Below, piece by piece: positions 48,122 through 60,835 of a stretch of DNA of 64,000 nucleotides. A program made the translations under genes and the position numbers. Within the stretch, counting starts at the first letter, position 1. Every line of letters starts with the position of its first letter. Below the pieces are notes generated by a model. That model did no database searches. It saw only the letters and a program-made list of their open reading frames with translations, and was not told the DNA's origin. Source of the stretch: Torpedo marmorata (Eukaryota); NCBI GenBank assembly GCA_977017645.1, contig OZ360231.1, positions 50,344,001 to 50,408,000 on the forward strand, in the 5' to 3' direction.

Positions 48122-48265
48122 CTGTAACTTCTGCCTCTCCTATCATCGTAGGGTTAGGTTCTGGGATTGGATTGATCACATTAGGAGTGTCTGTGGCTTG
48201 CAGTTCATAGCCCGACATTAAAGTGAACACTTTAGATGTGTGAGAGGTTGATAACTCAAGGTCAT
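48122..48265 (-). CDS. Repeat-exon gene, 144-nt exon (DDLELSTSHTSKVFTLMSGYELQATDTPNVINPIPEPNPTMIGEAEVT)
   Basis: ccttttgatctttAG (3 nt upstream of the homologous position) ... acag|GTagtc; open. Confidence 0.75.
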
Positions 48266-48734
48266 CTAAAGATCAAAAGGAAGCCAAATTACAAATTTCT
48301 AAATATCTTCTGAAGTACAGCTGAGTCTAAGTATTTTCCTTTATATTTGCAATATTGATCAATATAATTATTCAATACAACCTGGAAGAAAGTCATCAAG
48401 CCCATTGGATTCATAACAGAGCAAGCCCCTCAGTTCCATTCTCCCTCGTATTTCCCCTGCCACACTGCACCGTTCTCTCACACTCCCAAAAACTCTTATT
48501 TGATTCTTCTGCTACTTACTTACACTAGGGTTATCTCCTGTGGTCAACTAACCTACCAGCACATTTTTGAGATGGGTAAAGACATGAGAACATCCAGAGG
48601 TAACACATGTTTTCACAGAGAGAATGTGTTACATGCAGTACTTGATCTGAGGATCAAACCTGTATAGTTGGAGCTGTGGTAGCAGCATTAACTATCCTTA
48701 TTGCAGAATAAAGTAAATTATCTTCTTCTTTTAC

Positions 48735-49180
48735 AGCACAGACACAGGCTCTCCAGTCCAATTCATCCACCTACCAACCCTGCCCAAATGAGCTATTTCC
48801 ATTGCCTGTGCTTGGCCCATATCCCTCCAACTCTTTCCTAGCCATTTACTTTGAATGGAGTAACCGTACCTGCCTCTACTATTTCCTCCAGCAACCATAT
48901 GATCACCAGTTTCTGTGTGGAAGAAGTGCCCCTTTGGTCACTTTAAAAATCATGCCTGTCCATACCTTAATCCTATGCCTTTGAGTTTTAGACTCTCCTA
49001 CCCTGGGGAAAAGCCTGTGACTGTCCCCATGGTCTATGTCCCTTATGATTTTGTATACTTCTATAAAGGTTACCCTCAACTTCCTCCACTCCAAGAAAAA
49101 AGTTCTAGCTTATCCATCCTCTCCTTTTCACTCAAGCCCTGCAGTACCTAATCATCTTCATGAATCTTTTTTGTAACAAT
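48735..49180 (-). mobile_element. CR1 3' remnant
   Basis: EWRKLRVTFIEVYKIIRDID..LFPRVGESKTQRHRIKV; acagcacagacacaggc tail. Confidence 0.75.
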
Positions 49181-49705
49181 GACTTGTGCATCAATAACAT
49201 TTTCCATACAATGTTAAAGAAAAATAATGATCAATTATTTTATTTTTCTTCAAAATATGCTATGTGATATCATTAATGTAATAGACTCTCCATTTTGTAA
49301 TGTTCAAAGACAACATTATTTCAACAAGATACACAACAATATTGCTACAACTTGTTGCTATTCACCATCTAACCAAGAATATTCAAATTGTAGTAAAGAA
49401 GGCAGTAGTTGGGCCCATTTTGACTTATGGTCTGTTGCAAGAAGTATCCAATTATTCTCATTCCCTTTATTTTCTGTGGTACTGAAACTTTTCTCGTTTA
49501 TGTACTTATCCAAATCATTGCTGAAAGTTACTTTTAAAACTGTATTCACCACACCTTCAAACATTATGCTTCAGAGTGTACAACCACATAAGATGAAATT
49601 CTAATTATGTGATACCTGCTTCTTTTGAAAAATATATACTCTGATCTTTGATTCTTGTGCCAGTGAATCCTACCATCTCTTAAATTTCTGCAAGTCATCT
49701 CTATC

Positions 49706-50210
49706 ATTCATGGAATGTGGGCTTTGCAGGCTGAGCTAGCATTTAATTGTCCATGCCTAATTACCTGAGAAAGTGAGAGTGAGTTGCCTTCTTGAACCAC
49801 TGGAGACCTGAAGGTTTGGGCATACCCACTGCTGTTCGGGAGGGAGTTTCCAGGATTATGATTCAGTGATGGTGAAGAAACAATGATATATTTCCAAGTC
49901 AGGATGGATATATGGCTTGGAGGGCAACTTCCAGGTGGTACCTGTGCTTTTGCTGCCCTTGGGTTTTTAATCTGATAGAAGTCCTGGATTTGGAAGATGC
50001 CGTCTAGGAGTCTTGGTGAAGTGCTGCAGTGTATCTTGTAAATGGTATAAGCTGCTGCCGCTGTACATTGGTGGTTGAGTGAGTGAATGATTGTGAATGG
50101 GGTGCCCATCACGCAGGCTGCTATGACCTGTACAGTGTCAAACTTCTTAAATGTTGTTGAAGCTCCACTCATCTAAGCAAATGGAGAGTATTTCATCACA
50201 CTACTGATCT
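49706..50210 (-). mobile_element. Old LINE 3' remnant (CR1/L2-like)
   Basis: Minus frame reads STTFKKFDTVQVIAACVMG...HSLNHQCTAAAAYTIYKIHC, resembling a LINE RT C-terminus. Confidence 0.6.
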
Positions 50211-50570
50211 ATTCCCCAAGTCTCCATCATCCTTCTCAATTGTGGTGCCCACATTTCAAGACAGCAGCACAATGACCAAATAATCTAGCAGATATGTGGA
50301 AATCCATTAATTCCACAAGCAATGCATTGGACTGCTTATTTCATATAATTTGTGCCAAAGCTTTGCATTAGTTTCATGGAAAACACCAAGGTAACAAATA
50401 CATCCCACACATAAACACGAACAAATACACTTCACACAAGGTACCTGAACATTCATTTAACATGTAGAACATGTTAAATCTCTCTCAGCACAAACCTCAA
50501 CATGCACATAATATTTTACACTGCAGCATCCTGGACCTCATACCCAAGGCATAAGTAATGTCAGAGGAAC

Positions 50571-50708
50571 CGGTGACTTCACAAAATATTATCTCAGCAG
50601 GTTCTGGTTTTATAGCTTTAGACACGTATGGGGAGTCAGGCACTGACAGCTTATACTCTGGCTGAAAGGTGACCTCATTACAAGTTTGAGAAGATAATAT
50701 TGTATGGC
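50571..50708 (-). pseudogene. Probable inactivated copy of repeat exon
   Basis: Open 138-nt frame (GHTILSSQTCNEVTFQPEYKLSVPDSPYVSKAIKPEPAEIIFCEVT), but the homologous acceptor is AA and the donor is weak (ccg|GTtcc). Confidence 0.6.
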
Positions 50709-51346
50709 TTGAGGAAATAAAATGTGGCTGGGTATTTTTAATCCCTCTTGAAAATAAATCCCCAAGTTACAATAATGAGTAAACATGCTTTCAATAAATA
50801 TTCCATTTTCATTATAAAATTAAATGAATTCCAACATAAACATAAATTGAGTGCATTATCATAAAACAATCCATAACATTGTGACGCATTAATTCATAAT
50901 AGAAAATGTTTCATTGGAGTGATGTGACAAAAAGCAGTTCATGCAGTAGCACTGCACCATAACCTAAAAGCAATTATAATACAAAAAGCGGTTCTGTAAT
51001 ATAGCTGTAACAAAATGAAAGACAAGTTACAGCCATGCACAATCTATACACTTTATGAGGAAAGGACATTGACCAAAATAATAAAACAGAAATAAGCAAA
51101 ATGCATAAAAGTCTTCATGAATTGCAGTAGATTATTCATGTAATATATAAATGGTGCAATTGGAATGAATGAATTCCATGCAAGACAGTGACTCAACATA
51201 TACAGCTTACACTCAGGCTGACTGAACACTAAACTATAGAAGTGTGGCATGGCATCTGAAGCATGTGTCTCCACTTTCTGGCACTTGAGCAAAAATTTCA
51301 ACATGCAACTATTCCCAGGTTCAGACACAAATATTGTCAAAAATAC

Positions 51347-51487
51347 CTGTATCTTCAGTAACTCGCATTTTAGCTGGTACAGATTCAGTGATCAGACTGA
51401 ACTCATTAGTGGTGTCAATGTCTTGGGGCTTAGAGCCTGAAATTGTTCTGAACATGCTAGGAGTATCAGTGGTCGGCTCCATGTGGC
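51347..51487 (-). CDS. Repeat-exon gene, 141-nt exon (GHMEPTTDTPSMFRTISGSKPQDIDTTNEFSLITESVPAKMRVTEDT)
   Basis: ttctttctcatccctcAG ... acag|GTattt; 141 nt, open. Confidence 0.85.
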
Positions 51488-52130
51488 CTGAGGGATGAGA
51501 AAGAAGCCAGACACAAAATTCTTAAACTCTCATTAAAATAATTCCTGTGTTATTTTAATTAATGATATTTGATTCAGCTATGTCATTAGAATGAAGTGGA
51601 GTAAAACAATTGGGATTCCTGCATTATTAAAGCAAATGTATTCAAGTGTAACCATACAGTGCTCTCCATAATGTTTGGGACAGACATTTCTTTTCCTTTC
51701 TTTTCCCCTGTGCTCCACAGTTTTAAATTTGTAATCAAACAATTCACCTGTGATTAAAGTGCACAGTTCAGATTTCATTAAAGGGTATTTGTGTATATTT
51801 TGGTTTGACCATGTATAAATTACAGCACCTTTTATACATGGTCCCCTCATTTCAGGGCACCATAATATTTGGGACACAGAAATGATATGAACATTAAAGT
51901 AGTCATGTTCAGTACTTTGTTGCATATCCCTTGCATGTAATGACTGCTTGAAGTCTGTGATTCATGGACCTCACCAGATGCTGAGTATCTTCTCTGGTGA
52001 TGCTCTGCCAGGCCTCTTCTGCAGCCATCTTCAGCTCCTGCTTGTTTCGGAGGCTTGTCCCCTTGTTTTCTCTTCAGAATATGGAAGGCATGCTCAATTG
52101 GATATAGATTGGGTGACTGACTTAGCCATT

Positions 52131-54807
52131 AGAACCATAGAACCATAGAAAACTACAGCACAGAAACAGGACCCTTCGGCCCTTCTAGTCTGTGCCAAAC
52201 CATTTTTTTGCCTAGTCCCATTGACCTGCATCCAGTCCAAAGCCCTCCATACCTCTCCCATCCATGTACCTGCCCAAATTCTTCTGAAATGTTAAAATTG
52301 AGCTCGCATTCACTACCTCAGCTGGCAGCTCGTTCCACACTTCCAGCACTCTCTGTGTGAAGAAATTCCCCCTCATGTTCCCCCTAAACCTTTCCCCTTT
52401 CACTCTTAACCCATGTCCTCTGGTTTGTATCTCACCTACCCTCGGTGGAAAAAGCCTATCTACATTTACTCTGTCTATCCCCCTCATAATTTTAAATACC
52501 TCTACCAAATCTCCCCTCATTCTTCAAAGCTCCAGGGGATAAAGTCCTAACCTGATTAACCTTTCCCTGTAACTCAGTTCCTGAAGTCCAGGCAACATCC
52601 TAGTAAATCTTCTCTGCACTCTTTCTATCTTATTGATATCTTTCCTGTAGTTAGGTGACCAAAACTGCACACAATACTCCAAATTTGGCCTCACGAATGT
52701 CTTATACAACTTTACCATAACATCCCAACTCCTATACTCAATACTTTGATTTATGAAGGCCAATATGCCAAAAGCTCTCTTTACAACCCTATCCACCTGT
52801 GACACCACTTTCAGGGAATTATGTATCTGTATTCCCAGGTCCCTCTGTTCTACCGCACTCCTCAGTGCCCTACCATTCATCGTGTATGTCCTTTCTTGGT
52901 TAGTCCTTCCAAAATGCAACACCTCACACTTGTCTGCATTAAATTCCATCTGCCATTTCTCAGCCCACTTTTCCAGCTGGTCCAGATCCCTCTGCAAGTT
53001 TTGAAAACCTTCTTCGCTGTCCACAACGCCTCCAATCTTAGTGTCATCTGCAAACTTGCTGATCCAATTTACCACAGTATCATCCAGATCATTGATATAG
53101 ATGACAAACAACAATGGTCCCAGCACTGATCCCTGAGGCACACCACTAGTCACAGGCCTCCAGTCTGAGAAGCAATCATCCACCACTACTCTCTGGCTTC
53201 TCCCGTCCAGCCATTGTCGAATCCAGTTTACTACTTCACCATGAATACCTAGCATCTGATCCTTCCTGACTAACCTCTCATGTGGGACCTTGTCAAAGGC
53301 CTTACTGAAGCCTATGTAAACAACATCCACAGCCTTTCCTTCATCAACTTTCCTGGTAACCTCCTCGAAAAACTCTACAAGATTGGTTAAACATGACCTA
53401 CCACGCACAAAGCCATGTTGACTATCCCTAATCAGTTTCTGGCTATCCAAATAATTGTATATCCGATCTCTTGGAACACCTTCCAATAATTACCTACCAC
53501 TGACGTGAGGCTCACCGGCCTATAATTTCCAGGGTTACTTTTGGAGCCTTTTTTAAACAAAGGAACAACGTGAGCTACCCTCCAATCCTCCGGCACCACA
53601 CCTGTGGCTAGGGATATTTTAAATATTTCTGCCAGAGCCCCTGCAATTTCTACACTCGCCTCCCTCAAGGTCCAAGGGAATATCTTGTCAGGGCCTGGAG
53701 ATTTATCCACCCTTATTTGCTTTAAGACAGCAAGCACTTTAATCTGTATAGGTTCCATGACCTCACTGCTTGTTTTCCTTACGTCCCACGACTCTGTGCC
53801 TTTGTCCTCTTTCCATTATTTTTATTGAGTTTTATATACTGGTATATATACTGCTCATACATAAGTAACAACAAGAATATATATCCAACAAAGTAATATA
53901 TATTAACAAATGGCTGTAAACAACCTATGAAAGAGACAAAAAAAAAAGAAAAAAACTACTCTAATAATCTAACCCCTCCCTTGTGAAGTTATGATTAAAC
54001 ATATATGTTCCACTAATGTATGAAAGTAAAAGCAACCAAACCATAAAATGGGATCCAATAATCTTATAAATTCTGATAATAATTAAGGAAAGGACCCCAT
54101 AAATTTAGAAAATTAAGGTTCATTTCATTAGTAGAGCATCTGATTTTTTCCAGAGTCAAGCATGCCATCTCATCAGATAACCATTGAGTATGTGTAGGAG
54201 GGACAGCATCCTTCCATCTCATAAGTATAGCTCTTCTGGCAATAAGGAGAGCAAAGGCAACTACATGGGATTGTATGTGACTGTTTCCTGAGTGAATAAT
54301 GATGAAAAGAAACCATTTAACATCTCCTCCATCTCTTTTGGCTCCATACAAAGCCGACCACTCTGATCTTCAAGGGGACCAATTTTGTCCCTTACTATCC
54401 TTTTGCTCTTAATATACCTGTAGAAACCCTTAGGATTTTCCTTCACATTGTCTGCCAAATAAATCTCATGTCTTTTTTTTAGCCTTCCTGATTTCTTTCT
54501 TGAGGTTTTTCTTGCATTTTTCATACTCCTCAAGTACCTCATTTGCTCCATGTTGCCTATACCTGTTATACACCTCTCTCTTCTTCTGAACCAGATCCCC
54601 AATATCCCTCGAAAACCAAGATTCCCTATGCCTGCTAACCTTGCCTTTAATCCTGACAGGAACATACAAACACTGTACTCTCAAAATTTCACCTTTGAAG
54701 GTCCTCCACTAACTTACCCTGCACATCCTTGCCTGAAAACAACTTATTCCAATCCACGTATTCTAGATCCTTTCTCATTTCCCCAAAATTAGCCTTTCTC
54801 CAATTTA
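52131..54807 (-). mobile_element. Relatively young CR1 LINE (5'-truncated) nested in Tc1
   Basis: KSPGPD..NYRPVSLTSVVG..QHGFVRGRSCLTNL..SGVPQGSVLGPLLFVIYINDLD..SKFADDTK; (agaaccat)n 3' tail at 52131. Confidence 0.95.
53808..54285 (-). mobile_element. Short L1/Tx1 3' fragment nested in CR1
   Basis: AFALLIARRAILMRWKDAVPPTHTQWLSDEMACLTLEKIR..FLNLWGPFL; the CR1 sequence resumes on both sides. Confidence 0.85.
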
Positions 54808-56354
54808 GGTAGTATGCTTTGGATCTCAGGCAGTTCCTTTACTCCTCCACACTTTGCTTTTGCTATCACTCTGATACAGGTTCATCTTGGTCTCATCTGT
54901 CCGCAAGATCTTTTTCCAGATTTCTGCAGGCTCTTTTAAATATTTCTTAGCAAACTGTAATCTGGTTATCCTGTTTCTGTGGCTGACTAGTGGCTGGCAT
55001 CTTGCAGTGTAGCCTCTGTATTTCTGTTCATGAAGTCTTCTGCGGACAGTAGTCATTGACTCGTCCATACCTGCCTCCTGATGAGTGTTTTTGATCTGTT
55101 GGACAGGCATTTGGGGATTTGTCTTCATTATGATGAGAATTCTTCTGTCATCAGCAGTGGAGGTCTTCCTTGGCCTACCAGCTCCTTTGCGATTACTGAG
55201 CAAACCAGTACGCTCTTTCTACTTAATGATGTTCCAAACAGTAGATTTTGGTAATCCTAAGGTTTGGGTGATGTCTCTTACTGTTTTATTCTTGTTTTTC
55301 AGCCTCATAATGGTTTCTTTGACTTTCATTGGCACAACTCTGGTCCTCAGGTTGAAAAATGGCAACTACAGACTAAAGGTGATCAAAAGCTTCGAAGCAA
55401 GACTAGGTCTCTTATACCTGCACCAATGAAGCAATTAAACATACCTGAGTAATCACAAACACCTATGAAGCCAAATGTCCCAAACATTATGGTGCCCTGA
55501 AATGGGGTACTATGTGTAAAAAGTGCTGAAATTTCTACATGGTCAAACCAAAATGTATACAAATACCCTTGAATAAAATCTGGAATGTGCACTTTAATTA
55601 CACGTGAATTGCTTGATCACAAATTTAAAACTGCGGAGCACAGGGGCAAATTAAGGAAAAAAATGTGTCTTTGACTCAAACACTATGGAGGGCACTGTAT
55701 ATTGTGAAATAGCAATACTTTTATTGTTGAACAATGAATACCACAATACATTAAGTTAATTCAACACATCTCAAAACGCATCAAATATGAGTGCTTTGAC
55801 AACACATAGTCCATGCAGCAACATTGTTTCACTGCATCAAAGCTGATTATTATTCAATATACTTTACAACAATAAAACCATCATGAGCTGTCAAACACCA
55901 AACAGCCAAGCAATAATCAAAATCAACAAGTCAGCACACTAACAAACGAATCCAACAAAGAAAAGCAAATGGACAAATCCAGAAGTGGATTGCTCCTGTT
56001 ATATATGCGATGAAATAACATTAAATGAATTGCACCAGGGATTCACACAGATTAACAAATGCACCATAAGCTCAATTAATTCATTCATTTAAATGAACAT
56101 TTCATAGGTCTAGAAATTTATTCACTTTGGATCTGACACTAAACAAAATTCATTAATGTAAGTCACAAAGCGTCATAAGTGGCTGAAAGGCCCATACCCT
56201 TGAATGAAAACAACAAGAAGGCTGTGGCTGCGTGGATGGCGGTTGTTGGGAGCAGTAGATGGTTGATTGGACAATTGTGGTTTGGGAGAAGGGTCCGAAG
56301 GAATTAAAAGGTTGGCAGGCAGAGGTAGATGTTGAATTGGGGCAGGAGAGAGAA

Positions 56355-56385
<31 letters not shown>

Positions 56386-56659
56386 AAGAGGTTTCGTACA
56401 GGAACAGGTATCTAGGGACCAAATGAGGAGCTCAGGGAAAGTGTAGAAATCTGACTAGGGCATACGGATGGGGTGGTATTTGAAAGTTCATTCAAGAATT
56501 TGGGCTGGAGAGTTGGGTCCAATTAAGTCCTGGCTGTGTTGGCATTCAGTGATCCAAAGGCTGTCTTTGGTTGCGGAGTAGGGGCTGGGTGGTGGTGGGG
56601 GGGTAAAGTGAAAGTGAGTGGGGTTGGCAGTAACTGACTGAAGCAAGCTAGTACCGAAC

Positions 56660-57170
56660 TAAATACACAAAAGTGCTGGACAAACTCAGCAAGTCACACA
56701 GCTTTCTTTACGCAGCAAAGATAAAGATACATAACCAACATTTCGGGCTTGAGCCCTTCGTAAAGGTATGAGCAAAAAGCAGGCAGGTGCCTGAATCAAA
56801 TAGTGGGGGAGGGGCAGGGGGAGGAGCACAGGCCCACAGGCAAGATGTCATAGGTGGATATGGGTGGGAGTGCAGGAGAGAAAAAAGCTGGGAAGTGATA
56901 GCAGAAGGGGATAGCTCTCTAAATGGAGAGGGAAGGGTTAGGGAGAGCTGAAGGAAAGGAGACAGTGGAATAGGTAAAGAGAGAGATAGACAGGGGACGG
57001 CCCTAATGGAAACTGGAGAAGTCGATGTTAATGCCATCTGGTTGGAGAGTGCCCAGACGAAATTTTAGGTGCTGTTCCTCCAATTTGCGGGTGGCCTCGG
57101 TTTGGCAGTGCATGAGGCAATGAACAGACATGTCGGCGTGGGAGTGGAGCGCGGAACTGAAATAGTTGGC
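56660..57170 (-). mobile_element. Penelope-like element 3' fragment
   Basis: Homologous to 7548-8098 (gtcgatgttaatgccatctgg..gtgcccagacg..gctgttcctccaat; gctggacaaactcagc; ttcgggcttgagcccttc). Confidence 0.85.
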
Positions 57171-57416
57171 TAGTCTGCCCAAGGACAGGTACGTGTTGGA
57201 AAAGCATGAACCAAACTGTGCTTTAAATGGGCATTGTACAGGAATGATGATGGAAACAGCGTCATCTACACAAGTTCAAATCACAACTGGAAATTGCTGG
57301 TCAAATTCCACTCAAGACACAACTGACTTTCATGCAACTGAATTTCTTTGCCAAAGTGACGGTTTTCAATTTAGCACACATACCAATAGCCTAAATACAA
57401 ACACAGTCAGGAATAC

Positions 57417-57556
57417 CCGTAACATCAGTTTCCCTTGTGCAAGCTTGTTCAGATTGGTTGTTTGGTTTGCACATGTTTCGAGAGTCAGAGAGCAGGAACT
57501 TATGGCCTGACAGTTAAGAATCCATTTTAGGCTTTTGAGAGGTTAGCACCGCATGG
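57417..57556 (-). pseudogene. Decayed copy of repeat exon
   Basis: Donor retained; acceptor region deleted; in-frame TAA. Confidence 0.7.
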
Positions 57557-58101
57557 GAAAATAAGAAGGAAGCTGGATGCAAAATTCTTAGGTTCACATG
57601 AAAATAACCCCCAAGTTGCACTGATGAATACACTTCTATTACTGGACAAAATTAGAATGTAAGAATGTGTAGGATAAGTATTCTTTTTTTTCATTGTAGT
57701 AAAATTTAATGTATTCAATGGCAAATACAGGTTATGCATGGTTTCATTTACAGACAAATAAACTTATTATTCCGGAGGGTTCAGATTAAAGTGCTAACAA
57801 GTGGACAGTCCATGCAACAACTCTATAAAAGCCAATTATTATCCAACTTTTAGAGCAAATTAATTGTGACAGGTTGATAGTTCACAGTAAAGCACATTCT
57901 TTGAATGTCCAACAAAAGGAAACATTATGTTTAAATTCCTATTAATAAAACATTATATCAACTGCACAAGCATGGTGTGATGTGGCATGGGATTTACGGC
58001 ATGCGTCTGACCTCTATTACTTTTACACAAACCTCAACATGCAACTGTTATTTACTTCATCCTAGAGTTCACAGAGAAGACATGAACATCATTAGAAGTA
58101 C

Positions 58102-58242
58102 CTGCAATGTCAGTAACTCGTATGTTAGCTGGCTCTGATTCTGGAACCATTTTGGATAAATTAGGAGGTTTGGTGGCTTGTGGTTTATAGCCAGAGATTA
58201 ATCTGAACAGGTTAGGAGTATTAGAGGATGGCATCGTATTGA
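58102..58242 (-). CDS. Repeat-exon gene, 141-nt exon (VNTMPSSNTPNLFRLISGYKPQATKPPNLSKMVPESEPANIRVTDIA)
   Basis: tttttcttatcccctcAG ... gcag|GTactt; 141 nt, open. Confidence 0.85.
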
Positions 58243-58863
58243 CTGAGGGGATAAGAAAAAAGGCAGATACAAACATTTTGATTAAAACAGTCACAGAAAT
58301 GTTTTGATGAATACACTTCATTTACTGTTGTGATGATTATTGTGTTACATCACATCATTACAATGCTGTGATGTAACATATTTACCCTTATTATTTAAAT
58401 ATAATAGCTTTAAATAGATTCAGGTGCAACCATGAACTGCACAGCTAGTTATACTTTTCTTATAACACTAAAATATACAAAACACGTTTACTAATTAGTT
58501 CAATATTATTCAAAATGGTTCATATAAAAGTATTGTGACAACAAGCAATCCATGTAGAAATGTTTCCATCGCATCAAGTCTGATGAATATATAACAATCT
58601 TCACAATTTTATCCATAATAGGCTGACACTGTAGAGACAAGTAACTTCTCTAAAGTGAGGACATTGTGCTGATCTTGTAAATTATTCTGTCCACGCATAA
58701 ATTCTACGGAAAATGCAGTGGATTGCTCATTTCACAAAATATGTTGGACACCAAATCCAAACTGTCAAATTTCTCCGACAGAACAATAACATGAACATCC
58801 AGTTAAATGCAAAAAATCTTAGCATTATTTCCCAATTTTCTCACAATTCAGCACGTCAACAAT

Positions 58864-58990
58864 CTAAAACTTCAATGTCTCTTATCCTGATGAATTTAAA
58901 TTGTGCATTTGTATTGAACTTAAATGGAGGGTCAGACAACGGCAGCTTACAGCCTGCTTATATGAGGAGTGTGAGAGATTGAAATCAGGA
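58864..58990 (-). pseudogene. Decayed copy of repeat exon
   Basis: aacttcaatgtctcttatc..ggcagcttacagcctg..aggagtgtgagagattg body without splice sites. Confidence 0.55.
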
Positions 58991-59504
58991 GATTTTTAAA
59001 AGGTCAGAAGCAAAAGTTTTCATCTCTCACGAAATAATGCAGAAGTAGCACTGATGAATTACTGGACATCATTAAAATTGTCAAAATAAAGATTAATCTG
59101 AAGCTCTGAACCTACACAGATGTTTCCAAATCTGTTGAGTACTTTCAGAATATTTTCTTTTTTATATCATTACAATGTCATAGTGCTGGAGGATGCATTT
59201 TGTTTTTTATTATAAATTTAAATAGCTTCCCATCTACTCATAACTTTGTGTTTAATGAGGTAGAACATGAAGAACACAATGCATAAGTCCAAAACATAGG
59301 CAATGAACTGCTTATTTCATAAAATTATGTCAATATACTAAACATGCTGCATGGAAGATCCATACAAGATACTGTACCAACTAACCAACTAAACCTCTCA
59401 CAAAAGTAACTCTCATTAACTCTAAATATGAAATAAATCTTCTGCAACATATTTCCTCATTTTCTCTCAATTTAGTACCAAGGAAGAAACATCAGCAGAA
59501 GTAC

Positions 59505-59627
59505 CTGTAACTTTAGGACGTTCAGATTGTGTGACTGGATTGAACATGCATGAAGAATCAGGGGCTGGCAGCTTAGAGCCTGACATTAAAGTAATCACTT
59601 TAGGAGTGCGAAAGGTTGACATATCAT
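59505..59627 (-). CDS. Repeat-exon gene, 123-nt exon (DDMSTFRTPKVITLMSGSKLPAPDSSCMFNPVTQSERPKVT)
   Basis: cacccccaccccAG ... acag|GTactt; 123 nt (in-frame deletions), open. Confidence 0.78.
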
Positions 59628-59749
59628 CTGGGGTGGGGGTGCAGTAAGAAGAAATCAAGAGACAAAATTCATAATCTCTCATGGAGGTAATACAACTAAG
59701 TGACATTGAGGAATTCAATTGCATTAATGGACATCATTAGAATGTATTA

Positions 59750-59995
59750 AAAACACCGAAATGCTGGAGGAACTTAACTGGTCTTTTCAGCATCTATAGG
59801 AGACGTTTCGGGCCTGAGCCCTTCTTCAAGGAAAAATCAGAAAAGGCAGAAGCAGGATATATCAGAAAGTCTCAGAATTCAAACAAGGGGGGAGGAATCC
59901 AGACCAACAAAAGGTGTTAATTGGATGTGATAAGGGACTAGGTAGAATTTATCATGTCTGTGCGAAAGGAGACAGGGAATGGAGACAACGGAAAA
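59750..59995 (-). mobile_element. Penelope terminal-repeat fragment
   Basis: aaaacaccgaaatgctggaggaac..gacgtttcgggcctgagcccttcttcaagg..ccaacaaaaggtgttaattggat, matching about 7580-7800. Confidence 0.75.
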
Positions 59996-60379
59996 AAAAA
60001 GTTTCACTCTCATTATTAGAATGTATAGCTGTTATACAAAAAATCTTCCTTTTTCATTACAGTCACAAAAAGGGGCTCTCAATGCAAACATAAATTACGC
60101 AATACTTATTTTCAAATAATACAAACAATTCATAATACAAATTAACACAAGTTAGTGATAAATTATTCAAAATAATTCCAAATATTATGTAAAAGCCAAT
60201 TATAACCCACAATCACTGCTTAAATTGTCTTTGATTTATCAAATGGATTCAATGGTTCATCAAAAACACTTTATAGTCAAGACAACCAACATTTATGTTA
60301 TTTGGCACGAATCTGAATATGCAAGTATTATTTATTTGAACCCCAAGTTACAAACAAAACAGAAAAATTGTCAAAGAAT

Positions 60380-60515
60380 ATGTAACTTTTGTAAATAGAA
60401 TGGTAATTGGTTCTAGAACTGGTTTGAACATTTTAGGAGTGTCAGTGGCTTGCTGTTTATAGCCTGGGATTAACAATTTGCAAACTGGGAGTGAGAAAGA
60501 TTGGCTTCTCGTGGC
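60380..60515 (-). pseudogene. Decayed copy of repeat exon
   Basis: Body ttaggagtgtcagtggcttg..tagcctgggatta is retained; donor lost, pyrimidine tract deleted. Confidence 0.65.
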
Positions 60516-60835
60516 CTGAATTATACAAAATTCTTAATCTTTCATTAAAATACAACAATGGACACTCCACAAAGCATCAATGTTTCCATCAGATCAAAGT
60601 TAATTATCACTCAATAAGCTTTCAAACAATATAGCCATAATTGGCCAACCAAGCAGTCTACAAGTTCTATGAAATAAGAACATTCACCAAATAACCCAAC
60701 AGATACAATCAAAGCCATAAATTTCAGGAGATATGCAGTGAATTGTTCATTTTATAAAATTGTATCAAGTCACATAATTAAAACATACAATTATTGCAAA
60801 TCACAACACCACGATACAAGCATTATCACAAATAC

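Larger units (their letters stand above)
51657..55697 (-). mobile_element. Tc1-like DNA transposon (long IR/DR-type TIRs), interrupted by CR1
   Basis: TA|cagtgctctccataatgtttggga ... tcaaacactatggagggcactg|TA; TIRs of about 220 bp; transposase GRPRKTS..TVRRRL..RLQFAKKY..TDETKMNL (54826-55203) and C-terminus SQSPNLYPIEH...KGYATKY (about 51908-52130). Confidence 0.92.
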
